Shown here: piece after piece, positions 10,558 through 18,273 of the stretch
Layout: each line of letters opens with the position of its first letter
Position numbering within the stretch: position 1 is the first letter of the stretch
Source: a virus
Reading direction: 5' to 3' (one strand)
IMG/VR virus record: IMGVR_UViG_3300020470_000460
Span: 1-64,000 of that record
Length of the DNA: 64,000 nucleotides
Position numbers and translations under genes: made by a program
Notes under the pieces: model-generated
Database searches by the model: none
Told to the model about the DNA's origin: nothing
Seen by the model: the letters and a program-made list of their open reading frames with translations, nothing else

Positions 10558-10723
10558 AATCGCTGCTAAATTGCGTTGCGTCGAGTAATGCTAACTTCTC
10601 GCTTTTAAACGGTCCATTCTTATTACATCCATCGTAATTATACGCCCAAAAGTATTTCCTACGTGTTTCCCAGATCTTTACATCTACTGGGGGAATTGTC
10701 TGAATGGTTGTTACTTTGGTCAT
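10553..10723 (-). CDS. small hypothetical early protein
   Basis: MTKVTTIQ...GPFKSEKLALLDA; start re-assigned to the internal ATG. Confidence 0.6.
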   Translation of the reverse strand: MTKVTTIQTIPPVDVKIWETRRKYFWAYNYDGCNKNGPFKSEKLALLDATQFSSDS

Positions 10724-10745
10724 GGCAATTAGGGGCAAGTTTGTG

Positions 10746-10916
10746 TTAGGCAGTAGGGGGCAAATCGTTGCGGGATTGTTTATACTTTTCCACATAGTCT
10801 GTGGAATTGTTATCACTTTCCCTGCGATACTTTGTCTTGGATTGTTTACGCTTTTCTCTCAAACTTTTCGCCCTATGTGATGAATAGGGGTCATTACGTT
10901 TGTATGTCCTTCCCAT
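10746..10916 (-). CDS. small basic hypothetical protein (MGRTYKRND...)
   Basis: ATG just downstream of a sigma70 promoter. Confidence 0.7.
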   Translation of the reverse strand: MGRTYKRNDPYSSHRAKSLREKRKQSKTKYRRESDNNSTDYVEKYKQSRNDLPPTA

Positions 10917-10937
10917 TGGTAATTTGCTTACAATGTA

Positions 10938-10966
10938 ATAATAACCGAGATCGATTGCGTTGTCAA
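10938..10966 (-). promoter_or_regulatory. sigma70-type promoter TTGACA-17-TATTAT
   Basis: Near-consensus boxes with 17-bp spacer. Confidence 0.75.
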
Positions 10967-11002
10967 GGGTTATAACGAGATTGTGGCAATTCTTAGCAAT
11001 TG

Positions 11003-11031
11003 TTGACAAAAATCCGTCGATAGATTACGCT
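11003..11031 (+). promoter_or_regulatory. divergent sigma70-type promoter TTGACA-17-TACGCT pointing into non-coding DNA
   Basis: Perfect -35, TAnnnT -10, 17-bp spacer. Confidence 0.45.
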
Positions 11032-11115
11032 CTAAGACAACACTTTGTTACGCTATTTATGGGGGTTTAAATAACACTCTACTACATTTATTTAACCATT
11101 TAAAATATACACTAC

Positions 11116-11168
11116 TTTTCCACAATCTCTCCGCAAAGTGTGGAAAACTGTTGAAAATCTGTGGATTC
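11116..11168. promoter_or_regulatory. cluster of DnaA-box-like 9-mers
   Basis: TTTTCCACA 11116, TGTGGAAAA 11139, TGTTGAAAA 11149, TGTGGATTC 11160. Confidence 0.5.
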
Positions 11169-11212
11169 ATTGTTATCAATTAGTAGTGATGATTAGGTCG
11201 TAATTGTTGTTA

Positions 11213-11575
11213 TTATCTTAGGTATAAGTATCCTCCTGCCCAATCACATTTAGTAAAGCAAGTTTGCGGATCAGTTAATAAATTGTATCGTGCAATATCT
11301 GCTGGTTTGTTCCAACTTGCTGGTTTATATACATGCCCTAATAGTTTATCTACGAAGCAATGTACAGAATTGTCAGTAATAACTTTCCAATACTTTCTTC
11401 CTAGTTTAATTTCAACATTGTAGGGCAAATCGTGTCCTGCTCGTTGATAAGAATTGAGGATGTAATCTTTGAGTTTGTTTACATTTTTCTCTATCACTTT
11501 TGCGTCATAAGCAAAATCTTTGCGAAAGTGATGTTCTTTAACAGCAGAGATCAAATCTTGTCTAGGTTGTGTCAT
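11213..11575 (-). CDS. conserved phage early hypothetical protein
   Basis: GRKYWKV...SVHCFVD...G.VYKPASW..PA...RYNL motif seen in many phages. Confidence 0.8.
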   Translation of the reverse strand: MTQPRQDLISAVKEHHFRKDFAYDAKVIEKNVNKLKDYILNSYQRAGHDLPYNVEIKLGRKYWKVITDNSVHCFVDKLLGHVYKPASWNKPADIARYNLLTDPQTCFTKCDWAGGYLYLR

Positions 11576-11606
11576 TTAAGGAAAAACAGTTGTTGTTAAT
11601 TAGTGT

Positions 11607-11753
11607 TTAATCTGAAAGTATATTTAACTTGCGTGATCTTGGGGGATTGTACACACTTTGTGCAATTGGTTTGTTGTTAGTAACTGATTGGTAGATTTTG
11701 AGCAATGTATCAGAATTGAGGGAAATTGTGTTTGGATTTGTTTTAATTAGCAT
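11607..11753 (-). CDS. small hypothetical protein
   Basis: MLIKTNPN...; overlaps the upstream stop. Confidence 0.45.
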   Translation of the reverse strand: MLIKTNPNTISLNSDTLLKIYQSVTNNKPIAQSVYNPPRSRKLNILSD

Positions 11754-11988
11754 GGGTAAATGCGAAGTCGTTGAGTGATAATGAGTTGGCATGATTTACC
11801 TTATTAATGATACACGCATGATGAATATTGAATATTTCCTTATAACTAACTCCCTCCCAATCTGTCCACTCTGTTACATAATCTTCATGATCAAAATCAC
11901 CTGTATTATCAACATTTAAGGGGCATGATTTGAAATCATTGTTATCATCTATCCAGAAGATTCGACCAAAGAAATTAGATTTAAACAT
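11743..11988 (-). CDS. hypothetical early protein
   Basis: ORF downstream of promoter at 12018. Confidence 0.7.
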   Translation of the reverse strand: MFKSNFFGRIFWIDDNNDFKSCPLNVDNTGDFDHEDYVTEWTDWEGVSYKEIFNIHHACIINKVNHANSLSLNDFAFTHAN

Positions 11989-12017
11989 GTGAAAGATTGG
12001 GGGTTGTTGTTGTTACT

Positions 12018-12075
12018 ATTATAGGGTATTAATAGCGAGTTGGGATGTGATCGTAGGCACTAATATTAGTGTCAC
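12018..12075 (-). promoter_or_regulatory. early-type promoter: GACACT-N6-AGTGCC palindrome plus TATAAT
   Basis: Palindrome 12056-12073, -10 at 12018-12023. Confidence 0.65.
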
Positions 12076-12364
12076 AAAGTCTATTGACAATCTCATCTTC
12101 TGCCTTGTATGATGATAGTTTCTCTCTAATTGTGACGTATTTGTTGTCAATTAGTGAGAAAATTGTATCCCATTCAGTGTTAGTTAATCTTGGATACTTG
12201 TTGTTATGTTTAATAACAACCTTTGCATCTAATTCACTATTAGTGGCATTAGGATTTGCAGTCTTTGTATACACTGGGCGAGGATTTAACTTAGGCATTG
12301 TGTTAGTTTCCTTAGAGTGATTAACGTAAAGTGGTTCTAAATCAGGAGTGATAATTACTTCCAT
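12029..12364 (-). CDS. hypothetical early protein
   Basis: MEVIITPDLEP..., TAATG overlap with the upstream gene. Confidence 0.6.
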   Translation of the reverse strand: MEVIITPDLEPLYVNHSKETNTMPKLNPRPVYTKTANPNATNSELDAKVVIKHNNKYPRLTNTEWDTIFSLIDNKYVTIREKLSSYKAEDEIVNRLCDTNISAYDHIPTRY

Positions 12365-12528
12365 TAAGTAACAACTCCCCATTCATACTTAGGTACTATT
12401 GAGTGACAAGATTGGCAACCAAGGGCATAGAACGAAAAATGGTAAACTGTATGCGTTGATTTACAATCAGGGCACACAATTTGTTTGCCATTCTTTCCTG
12501 CTCTAGTGTAACGATTAACTTTATTCAT
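12364..12528 (-). CDS. small zinc-ribbon protein (54 aa)
   Basis: Manual translation MNKVNRYTRAGKNGKQIVCPDCKSTHTVYHFSFYALGCQSCHSIVPKYEWGVVT, two CxxC motifs. Confidence 0.75.
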   Translation of the reverse strand: MNKVNRYTRAGKNGKQIVCPDCKSTHTVYHFSFYALGCQSCHSIVPKYEWGVVT

Positions 12529-12736
12529 TATCATCTACCTCACTAAATGCTACCTCATAACATAACCCTTCGGCAATGAAATAATCACACAATTGTTGAT
12601 ACTGAGTCAACTCATTGTGTAGGTCACAATCTATTAAGAACTGTGCCATCTCTACTTGTAAATCTTCGGGCAATTGTCCCGCATCATAAGCATCAAGTAG
12701 CAATGCTAATTTCTTTGGAAGTTTAGATTTAGTCAT
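12521..12736 (-). CDS. hypothetical early protein
   Basis: ORF track; overlapping neighbours. Confidence 0.65.
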   Translation of the reverse strand: MTKSKLPKKLALLLDAYDAGQLPEDLQVEMAQFLIDCDLHNELTQYQQLCDYFIAEGLCYEVAFSEVDDNE

Positions 12737-12956
12737 GAAATCCTGGAATGAATGTTTCTAGTTTATTGGTAGTAATATCATGACTATTGTTCTCAACTAG
12801 ATCCCAAATTGCGATATAATCTGTTAACCAGTTGCGTTGAACTTCTGTTAATTCATTATAACTGGTAACAAGCAAATCATCCGCACTAAGGTATTCTAAT
12901 TCGTTGGATTTACACCAGTTGTAGAGTAAATCAGTGAGTGATTCTAGCATGGTCAT
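12729..12956 (-). CDS. hypothetical early protein
   Basis: MTMLESL...SADDLL...LT..Q..WL..YI..WD. Confidence 0.7.
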   Translation of the reverse strand: MTMLESLTDLLYNWCKSNELEYLSADDLLVTSYNELTEVQRNWLTDYIAIWDLVENNSHDITTNKLETFIPGFHD

Positions 12957-12965
12957 AATGTAAAG

Positions 12966-12987
12966 AAAAAGGGGCAATAAATGCCCC
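12966..12987 (-). terminator. Rho-independent terminator
   Basis: GGGGCA-TTTAT-TGCCCC-TTTTT on the minus strand. Confidence 0.75.
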
Positions 12988-12998
12988 ATAAGTGTGAA

Positions 12999-13103
12999 CT
13001 AGCGTTGTGCTAGGTAGTTGTCAATTAGTGCGATCAATTCGTTTCCAGTTTGTGCACGTGAGAGTGATTCAACAAGAAAATTAAATGATACTGACTGAGA
13101 CAT
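12999..13103 (-). CDS. tiny hypothetical protein (34 aa)
   Basis: MSQSVSFNFLVESLSRAQTGNELIALIDNYLAQR. Confidence 0.55.
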   Translation of the reverse strand: MSQSVSFNFLVESLSRAQTGNELIALIDNYLAQR

Positions 13104-13162
13104 GATTAGAAGAGAGTAAACAACATTTAGTTTAGAGTCATTTCGGACTATTTAACATTTAG

Positions 13163-13477
13163 TTAGACTGCTTCCATTCCTGAGAAGAATGGGACGGTAC
13201 CAACCTTAGAAGAATTGTAGTACCAAGTGAAGTCCTTTTGAAATACTCCCCCATCACATGTCACCTCACTAAGTAAAGCATTTAGACGAGATTTGGTAGT
13301 CACTGACTGCCATCCTCCATCTAGTATCTGCACAAATGTGTCACCTACTCTTGCAATTAGGTTGCCATGTAGGTAAACATTGGCAGTGCGGTCATTCCAA
13401 GTCACTTGAGTATTTGCCTTAGAAAAGTTTGATCTGTTTCTGATGGCAGAATTCATTTGTGCTTCGATTTTACGCAT
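13163..13477 (-). CDS. conserved phage early hypothetical protein
   Basis: MRKIE..M...YLHGNLIA...GWQSVTTKSRLNAL...VFQKDF.WY; start re-assigned downstream of the promoter. Confidence 0.8.
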   Translation of the reverse strand: MRKIEAQMNSAIRNRSNFSKANTQVTWNDRTANVYLHGNLIARVGDTFVQILDGGWQSVTTKSRLNALLSEVTCDGGVFQKDFTWYYNSSKVGTVPFFSGMEAV

Positions 13478-13529
13478 GTTTGAAGTGTTGTAAGGGTTGA
13501 AAATCGGTGGTTTTGCCTCCGATACACTC

Positions 13530-13586
13530 ATTATAGGGCATATTGCGGAGAGTGTGCGGAAAAGTGGACACTTTGCGTACTGTCCT
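13530..13586 (-). promoter_or_regulatory. early-type promoter GACAGT..AAGTGTCCAC-28-TATAAT
   Basis: Repeated motif with fixed spacing. Confidence 0.7.
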
Positions 13587-14817
13587 AGCAATATGCGGTT
13601 GTGTGGTGTCCTTCTGTAAAAATATCATTTACGACTCTTTGAATACGGTTAACAGTCTTCGTGCCGTAATTCTTGTGAGTAGGAATAACACAATTGCCAG
13701 AGGATTTGCGATACAAACTAAGAACCCCAGCAGGAATAGTGCCTTGATTAATACTTTCGGCATCTTCTTTGTGTAACCTAATAACTCTACCGATAGTCTG
13801 TGCCATCTCCACGATGTTAAGATTTCGCAGCAATAACGTATGAGATAGTCCACTAACGTTGATACCTTCTGATAAAATACTATAATGAAAGATAACAAAT
13901 TTCCTCTCTGTTTGATATCCCCACTCTTTGAGAGTGTTAAAGAACGTCGTGCGATTGACTTTAGTTTTGTTAACATAAGCACCAAACTTAGAGGTAATAT
14001 GTAATACATCAAACCCCTGATCTTCAAGAGATTTGAGTAATGTTGTGTGCCCTAGCATGTTATTAAGTATGCGTGAAGATGGGACACTAACTAACACTTT
14101 AGCACCATCATAGTTGTTAATACTTTTGATGAAAGATTCAACAGTTAATGAATGATGCACATAAGCATTTTCTTTTGTAAAATGTGTATCAACTGGGAAT
14201 GATTGCACGTTAGGTGGTATAATTGATCCACATTTAATAAGATCACGTGCATCAACATCAATTAAGATTCTACCCCAAATTGATACATTATTCATGCCTC
14301 TATCATGCTTATATGATATTTTAGGTGTAGCAGTAAAGTAATAACAACGTGATGCAATTTGACTACATGCACTAACACTTTTAAAGAAAGTCCTTGCAGT
14401 GCCGTTGTGTGCTTCATCAAAATATATTGTATCAATTGTTATATTACTGTCTACAACTCTTGATAGAGAATGATAAGTTGTGAAGAGTAATTTATCACCT
14501 GGAGTGTTATCAATCCAGTGCTTAATCTCTTCTGGTTTGGTAGAACTAAGGTGCTTAGTCCTTCCACTATGTGCATGAAATACATTTAGATTAGGTGATA
14601 TTTTGTCACCTAATTGATGTATAAAATCATCACATAATTGTTGTGCTAATAGTATACGAGGTGCTACAATTACTGTGACATTGTTATCAAGATTGTCAAT
14701 GCAATCTTTGATCATAATCATAGTTTTGCCACCACCAGTAGGTACTATTATTTGCCCAACATTCTCAGACTGCATAACATTTAATGCAGCAGATTGATGA
14801 GGTCTTAAAGTAATCAA
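13585..14817 (-). CDS. superfamily 2 DEAH helicase (type III Res/UvsW-like core)
   Basis: LRPHQ, PTGGGKT, DEAH, TAT, LSEG, QTIGRVIR motifs; TTG start. Confidence 0.9.
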   Translation of the reverse strand: MITLRPHQSAALNVMQSENVGQIIVPTGGGKTMIMIKDCIDNLDNNVTVIVAPRILLAQQLCDDFIHQLGDKISPNLNVFHAHSGRTKHLSSTKPEEIKHWIDNTPGDKLLFTTYHSLSRVVDSNITIDTIYFDEAHNGTARTFFKSVSACSQIASRCYYFTATPKISYKHDRGMNNVSIWGRILIDVDARDLIKCGSIIPPNVQSFPVDTHFTKENAYVHHSLTVESFIKSINNYDGAKVLVSVPSSRILNNMLGHTTLLKSLEDQGFDVLHITSKFGAYVNKTKVNRTTFFNTLKEWGYQTERKFVIFHYSILSEGINVSGLSHTLLLRNLNIVEMAQTIGRVIRLHKEDAESINQGTIPAGVLSLYRKSSGNCVIPTHKNYGTKTVNRIQRVVNDIFTEGHHTTAYC

Positions 14818-14843
14818 AGGCAGTAATTTGTAACTACTCTATT

Positions 14844-14901
14844 AATATACATGAAAAAAGCACCCTTTGGGGTGCTTTGTGGACAGTTTGTAGAGTGTCA
14901 C
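14844..14901 (-). promoter_or_regulatory. early-type promoter GACACT..AACTGTCCAC-29-TATATT
   Basis: Repeated motif. Confidence 0.65.
14854..14878 (-). terminator. Rho-independent terminator nested in the promoter spacer
   Basis: AAAGCACCC-CAAA-GGGTGCTTTTTT. Confidence 0.75.
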
Positions 14902-15224
14902 TCAGAGACAAATGCTCGATTGTAAGATGAAACAACGTAGTCATAACCTTGCTTTACGAGTGGTTTTGTTTGCTCGTAAACCCACTTTATGTCCTTAATT
15001 AACTCTTTGATCTCGTAATTGTGGATCTCAAGTCTAATATTGAAGTCCTTTTGATAGTCTTCAAATTTGAGGAGTGGGGTTGGTCTCACTGGTGTTTCAA
15101 CTGTCATTTGCTTTACCTCTTTGATGGTTGGTACTGTCTTGACTGCTTTAGGGGCAGTTGCCTTGCGTGTCCTTCTCTTACGTGGTGTTGTAGAGGTTGA
15201 CTTGCGAGGTGTTGCAGTTGGCAT
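14898..15224 (-). CDS. hypothetical protein with basic Lys/Arg/Thr-rich N-terminus
   Basis: MPTATPRKSTSTTPRKRRTRK... Confidence 0.75.
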   Translation of the reverse strand: MPTATPRKSTSTTPRKRRTRKATAPKAVKTVPTIKEVKQMTVETPVRPTPLLKFEDYQKDFNIRLEIHNYEIKELIKDIKWVYEQTKPLVKQGYDYVVSSYNRAFVSE

Positions 15225-15247
15225 AAATGACCAGTTGTAAGGGGTGA

Positions 15248-15314
15248 GCGAAACGAAACCCAATAACCGTCAGATGAGCAATTAAGTCAGTTACTGCGGG
15301 TGGGATCGTTTCGC
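15248..15314 (-). ncRNA. candidate structured 5' leader RNA
   Basis: 9-bp stem GCGAAACGA/UCGUUUCGC closing CCCA/UGGG and an inner hairpin, immediately after the TATAAT at 15321. Confidence 0.5.
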
Positions 15315-15320
15315 ATGTTC

Positions 15321-15398
15321 ATTATAACTTGACAAGTGGTCATTTTTGACTAAATCGTTACAATATGCAACAAAAAAGTCCAGTTTGTCAACTGTCTA
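15321..15398 (-). promoter_or_regulatory. early-type promoter GACAGT..AACTGGAC with TATAAT
   Basis: Motif copy with a longer spacer than the others. Confidence 0.55.
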
Positions 15399-15786
15399 CT
15401 AATTCATATTGTTTATTGAAGATCTGTTTTGTTACATCTTCATTTATATAATTCTCTATGTATTCTTTACAACTAGCAACAGTAGGGAATGCTGCTATTC
15501 TTTCATAAGTCCATAAAGTATTGCCATTAAATATCATCGGGTTGAGCACTTTATCTGTTGCAGATATAAACCTTTTCATGCCTTCTGCATTGCCTAATTG
15601 ACATGCAATACGTGCATTAACCCTGTATTCATCATCAGTTTCACCACTATAATAAGTATTCTCAACTATAGTAAATGATGGTAATTGTTTACCATTAACA
15701 TTAACACTATCGTCAGTGTGATAGATGTCCTCATAGTATTTGAGTTCATCATTATCTCTTTGACTATTTGTTATTTGTAATGCCAT
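15388..15786 (-). CDS. hypothetical protein
   Basis: ORF track. Confidence 0.7.
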   Translation of the reverse strand: MALQITNSQRDNDELKYYEDIYHTDDSVNVNGKQLPSFTIVENTYYSGETDDEYRVNARIACQLGNAEGMKRFISATDKVLNPMIFNGNTLWTYERIAAFPTVASCKEYIENYINEDVTKQIFNKQYELVDS

Positions 15787-15961
15787 TTTCGAGATCAGAT
15801 AATAGGTCAGTTACGTGTATTAAATTATCAATATTATGCAGCATATCTGCAATATGTTTTGATACATAGGATGCTTCAGTTCTTGCACTAAATGATAACG
15901 CATTGCGTAAATCTTGTTGTGCTTCTATTAAACTTTCTTCAACTTGTTTGCTTAAAGTCAT
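15764..15961 (-). CDS. hypothetical protein
   Basis: MTLSKQVEESL.EAQ..LRNAL.F.AR.E cyanophage-type ORF. Confidence 0.75.
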   Translation of the reverse strand: MTLSKQVEESLIEAQQDLRNALSFSARTEASYVSKHIADMLHNIDNLIHVTDLLSDLENGITNNK

Positions 15962-15963
15962 AA

Positions 15964-16107
15964 TTAATAACCATTAATATAGGATGCTAAACTATCAATC
16001 ATATCATTATATGTAGCATACTTATGTACATAAAAATGAGGGATATTATCACTAGGTAGATAATAATATCCCTTTGGATTGATTGATCTATTGATGAATA
16101 GATTCAT
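15964..16107 (-). CDS. small hypothetical protein (47 aa)
   Basis: Manual translation MNLFINRSINPKGYYYLP... Confidence 0.5.
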   Translation of the reverse strand: MNLFINRSINPKGYYYLPSDNIPHFYVHKYATYNDMIDSLASYINGY

Positions 16108-16121
16108 GTTGTGAGTGTTAC

Positions 16122-16268
16122 TTACTGACATAAATCCTCAAATCGTTGATAAACAATGGATTCAATTTCACTGTCTGTATACATTGCAATGTTACCAGTT
16201 TGTGTTATTTCATCCATGAATTCATCATAGATTGTTTCAAGAATTGATTCATGATGTAGAGTTGACAT
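16122..16268 (-). CDS. small hypothetical protein (48 aa)
   Basis: MSTLHHESILETIYDE...RFEDLCQ. Confidence 0.7.
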   Translation of the reverse strand: MSTLHHESILETIYDEFMDEITQTGNIAMYTDSEIESIVYQRFEDLCQ

Positions 16269-16420
16269 TAGTAACTAGATCTCCATAATTGTTGAATAGT
16301 GTCAATAATTTGTGGATCTTTAATGTCACTTAGGATAGAATCCCATTGATCTTCAGTGAAGAAATCCCACATCTTATTTAACTCATTGTGAGTGTAATCT
16401 TTGCCGTTGATTGTAAACAT
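16268..16420 (-). CDS. small hypothetical protein (50 aa)
   Basis: MFTINGKDYTHNELNKMWDFFTEDQWD...; TAATG coupling. Confidence 0.65.
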   Translation of the reverse strand: MFTINGKDYTHNELNKMWDFFTEDQWDSILSDIKDPQIIDTIQQLWRSSY

Positions 16421-16423
16421 TGA

Positions 16424-16834
16424 TTAAACTCCTTGATTGATAACTTTGTCCCACACATTTGAGAATTGTTCAACAGTGAAATCACCGTCATCATCAAGTT
16501 TTGTGTCAATGTCCAATGCTGCTGCACTTGCGAAGACTGCTTGAATCAAGTTCCAGTCGTCTTGAGTGAGTTGGTTAGATGCCATTTTTGCGTTGAGTTT
16601 GTTTGACTCTTTAATTATAGTCGAAAATGACCCAAATGGTGACCAAGGTGGACAGTTTGGAAATCGTCTTTGGATCTCTGCTTCTATTTGTATAAACAAA
16701 TCCTCCATATCATCGTTGTACAGACTACCTTTAGGGCACAAATTAGCGTCCTGTCTGTCCTCATACGGTTTATACATCCTAGCGATGGATAATACACCTC
16801 TTAAATATTTTAATTGCTTAAGATTGAGGTCCAT
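16424..16834 (-). CDS. hypothetical protein; contains an internal promoter and an internal start at 16585
   Basis: 136-aa ORF spanning the promoter at 16614-16668. Confidence 0.55.
   Translation of the reverse strand: MDLNLKQLKYLRGVLSIARMYKPYEDRQDANLCPKGSLYNDDMEDLFIQIEAEIQRRFPNCPPWSPFGSFSTIIKESNKLNAKMASNQLTQDDWNLIQAVFASAAALDIDTKLDDDGDFTVEQFSNVWDKVINQGV
16614..16668 (-). promoter_or_regulatory. early-type promoter ..AACTGTCCAC-28-TATAAT
   Basis: Repeated motif. Confidence 0.65.
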
Positions 16835-16997
16835 TCATACTCACATTTCTAATAATAATGACGTTTTGTTCATAATCAGGGATAAACTCTAATTTATCTT
16901 TATGATGCCATAATAACTCTTCATAAAGTGCATTTAACCTGTCCATATCTTCCCATAAATCATTGACATGATCGGGGTGATCTTCTTCATAATTCAT
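16818..16997 (-). CDS. small hypothetical protein (59 aa)
   Basis: MNYEEDHPDHVNDLWEDMDRLNALYEELLW... Confidence 0.7.
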   Translation of the reverse strand: MNYEEDHPDHVNDLWEDMDRLNALYEELLWHHKDKLEFIPDYEQNVIIIRNVSMNGPQS

Positions 16998-17002
16998 GTT
17001 AG

Positions 17003-17641
17003 TTATCCAGGTACAATATTTGCACTAAGTGTTATTAACTCATTGCTTGGGTTACTATCATAACCAAACGTTAAATTGCTAGGGAAAGTTATAATATCTC
17101 CTTCTGCCATTTTAAATGTTGCTTCAGTCATATTATACTGTGTTAATTGTTTAGAATTGAGTTGCATTATTGGATAATGATTAGACCCTACATTCTTCCT
17201 CCATTTAATATAACTATGTGCTTCAGGATTGTAGTTAACTAAGTATATACTATGGTACAAACAGTTACTAACTTCGTGAGGTGCATAAATGGCATCCTTA
17301 TTTGATAACTCTAAATATGACTCATTAACTCTTAGATCAGTATTATAGTGCATTGAGTTATCATTATGCTGTGCAATTGCAGTTTTGAAAGCATCAGCAA
17401 CATCAGGCAAATCTGTCAATAGTTTATTAGTTTCACCAATTTGTACCACGTTGTGAGTTATACTTTCACGACCTGATTTCTTCAATATATCTTCATCACC
17501 CATCCAATTTAGGATTTGAGTTTTAAGATCTGTGTGATTACTAAGTGAGAACTTACTGATAGGAGTTGGGAACAAACCATAAGTTTCATTCGTAATCTTA
17601 TCCTCTAAAGTATCACTTAGTGGGTGCTTAGTTTCTGTCAT
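17003..17641 (-). CDS. 2OG-Fe(II) oxygenase-like protein (TIGR02466-type), degenerate metal ligands
   Basis: LFPTPI start and EGDIITFPS, but HxH is HEV, distal His is F, and Arg is missing. Confidence 0.75.
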   Translation of the reverse strand: MTETKHPLSDTLEDKITNETYGLFPTPISKFSLSNHTDLKTQILNWMGDEDILKKSGRESITHNVVQIGETNKLLTDLPDVADAFKTAIAQHNDNSMHYNTDLRVNESYLELSNKDAIYAPHEVSNCLYHSIYLVNYNPEAHSYIKWRKNVGSNHYPIMQLNSKQLTQYNMTEATFKMAEGDIITFPSNLTFGYDSNPSNELITLSANIVPG

Positions 17642-17649
17642 TTTATACG

Positions 17650-18273
17650 TTAATTAATGGGTTGTTCTTTACTATTATACCATGCCCAATCTTTATTATT
17701 AGGGTCTAACATTGAGTTTGTTAATTTAACACCAGTTGGATCAAATGTAGGGAAAACTAATCCCCAACTACAACGATATCCCTCGGTTGGACATTCACCA
17801 CGATGCAAAGTATTGGAATTAAATAATACTAACCGTCCTTCCTTAAATGATATTCTTTCAATATCATTGTTATCATCATCAACAATAACTGTGTCACCTG
17901 AGTTACCATAACCCATGTAAATTACAGTCATATAATTATCATCATCAGAGTCACGATGATTCATTCCGTTCATACTTTCCAGAGGAAATTGTCCGTTATG
18001 TAAACATCTATACGTGTTAGATATATTTAATTCTTTACATATATCGTGCTTAATTGCGTCTATTAAATAAAAAATAAACCAATGTGGAGATTCTTTTAAT
18101 TGCCAATTGTCTTCGATGAGTAACATATTACCCATGAATCGCTTGCCTTTCTTGATAGTATAATCAGAAGTATTATCCCATCTAACTGGCATCATACACA
18201 TGTAATCTCTTACCTGTTGTACCATCCAATCAGGGAAATAATCATCTATAATTTTATACTCACCTGGTTTCAT
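17650..18273 (-). CDS. 2OG-Fe(II) oxygenase
   Basis: HRD...GRLVLFNSNTLH...R. Confidence 0.85.
   Translation of the reverse strand: MKPGEYKIIDDYFPDWMVQQVRDYMCMMPVRWDNTSDYTIKKGKRFMGNMLLIEDNWQLKESPHWFIFYLIDAIKHDICKELNISNTYRCLHNGQFPLESMNGMNHRDSDDDNYMTVIYMGYGNSGDTVIVDDDNNDIERISFKEGRLVLFNSNTLHRGECPTEGYRCSWGLVFPTFDPTGVKLTNSMLDPNNKDWAWYNSKEQPIN

Noticed and set aside
13629-14027. 132-aa alternative-frame ORF inside the helicase
   Set aside because: No start signals or motifs; fully nested in a conserved gene
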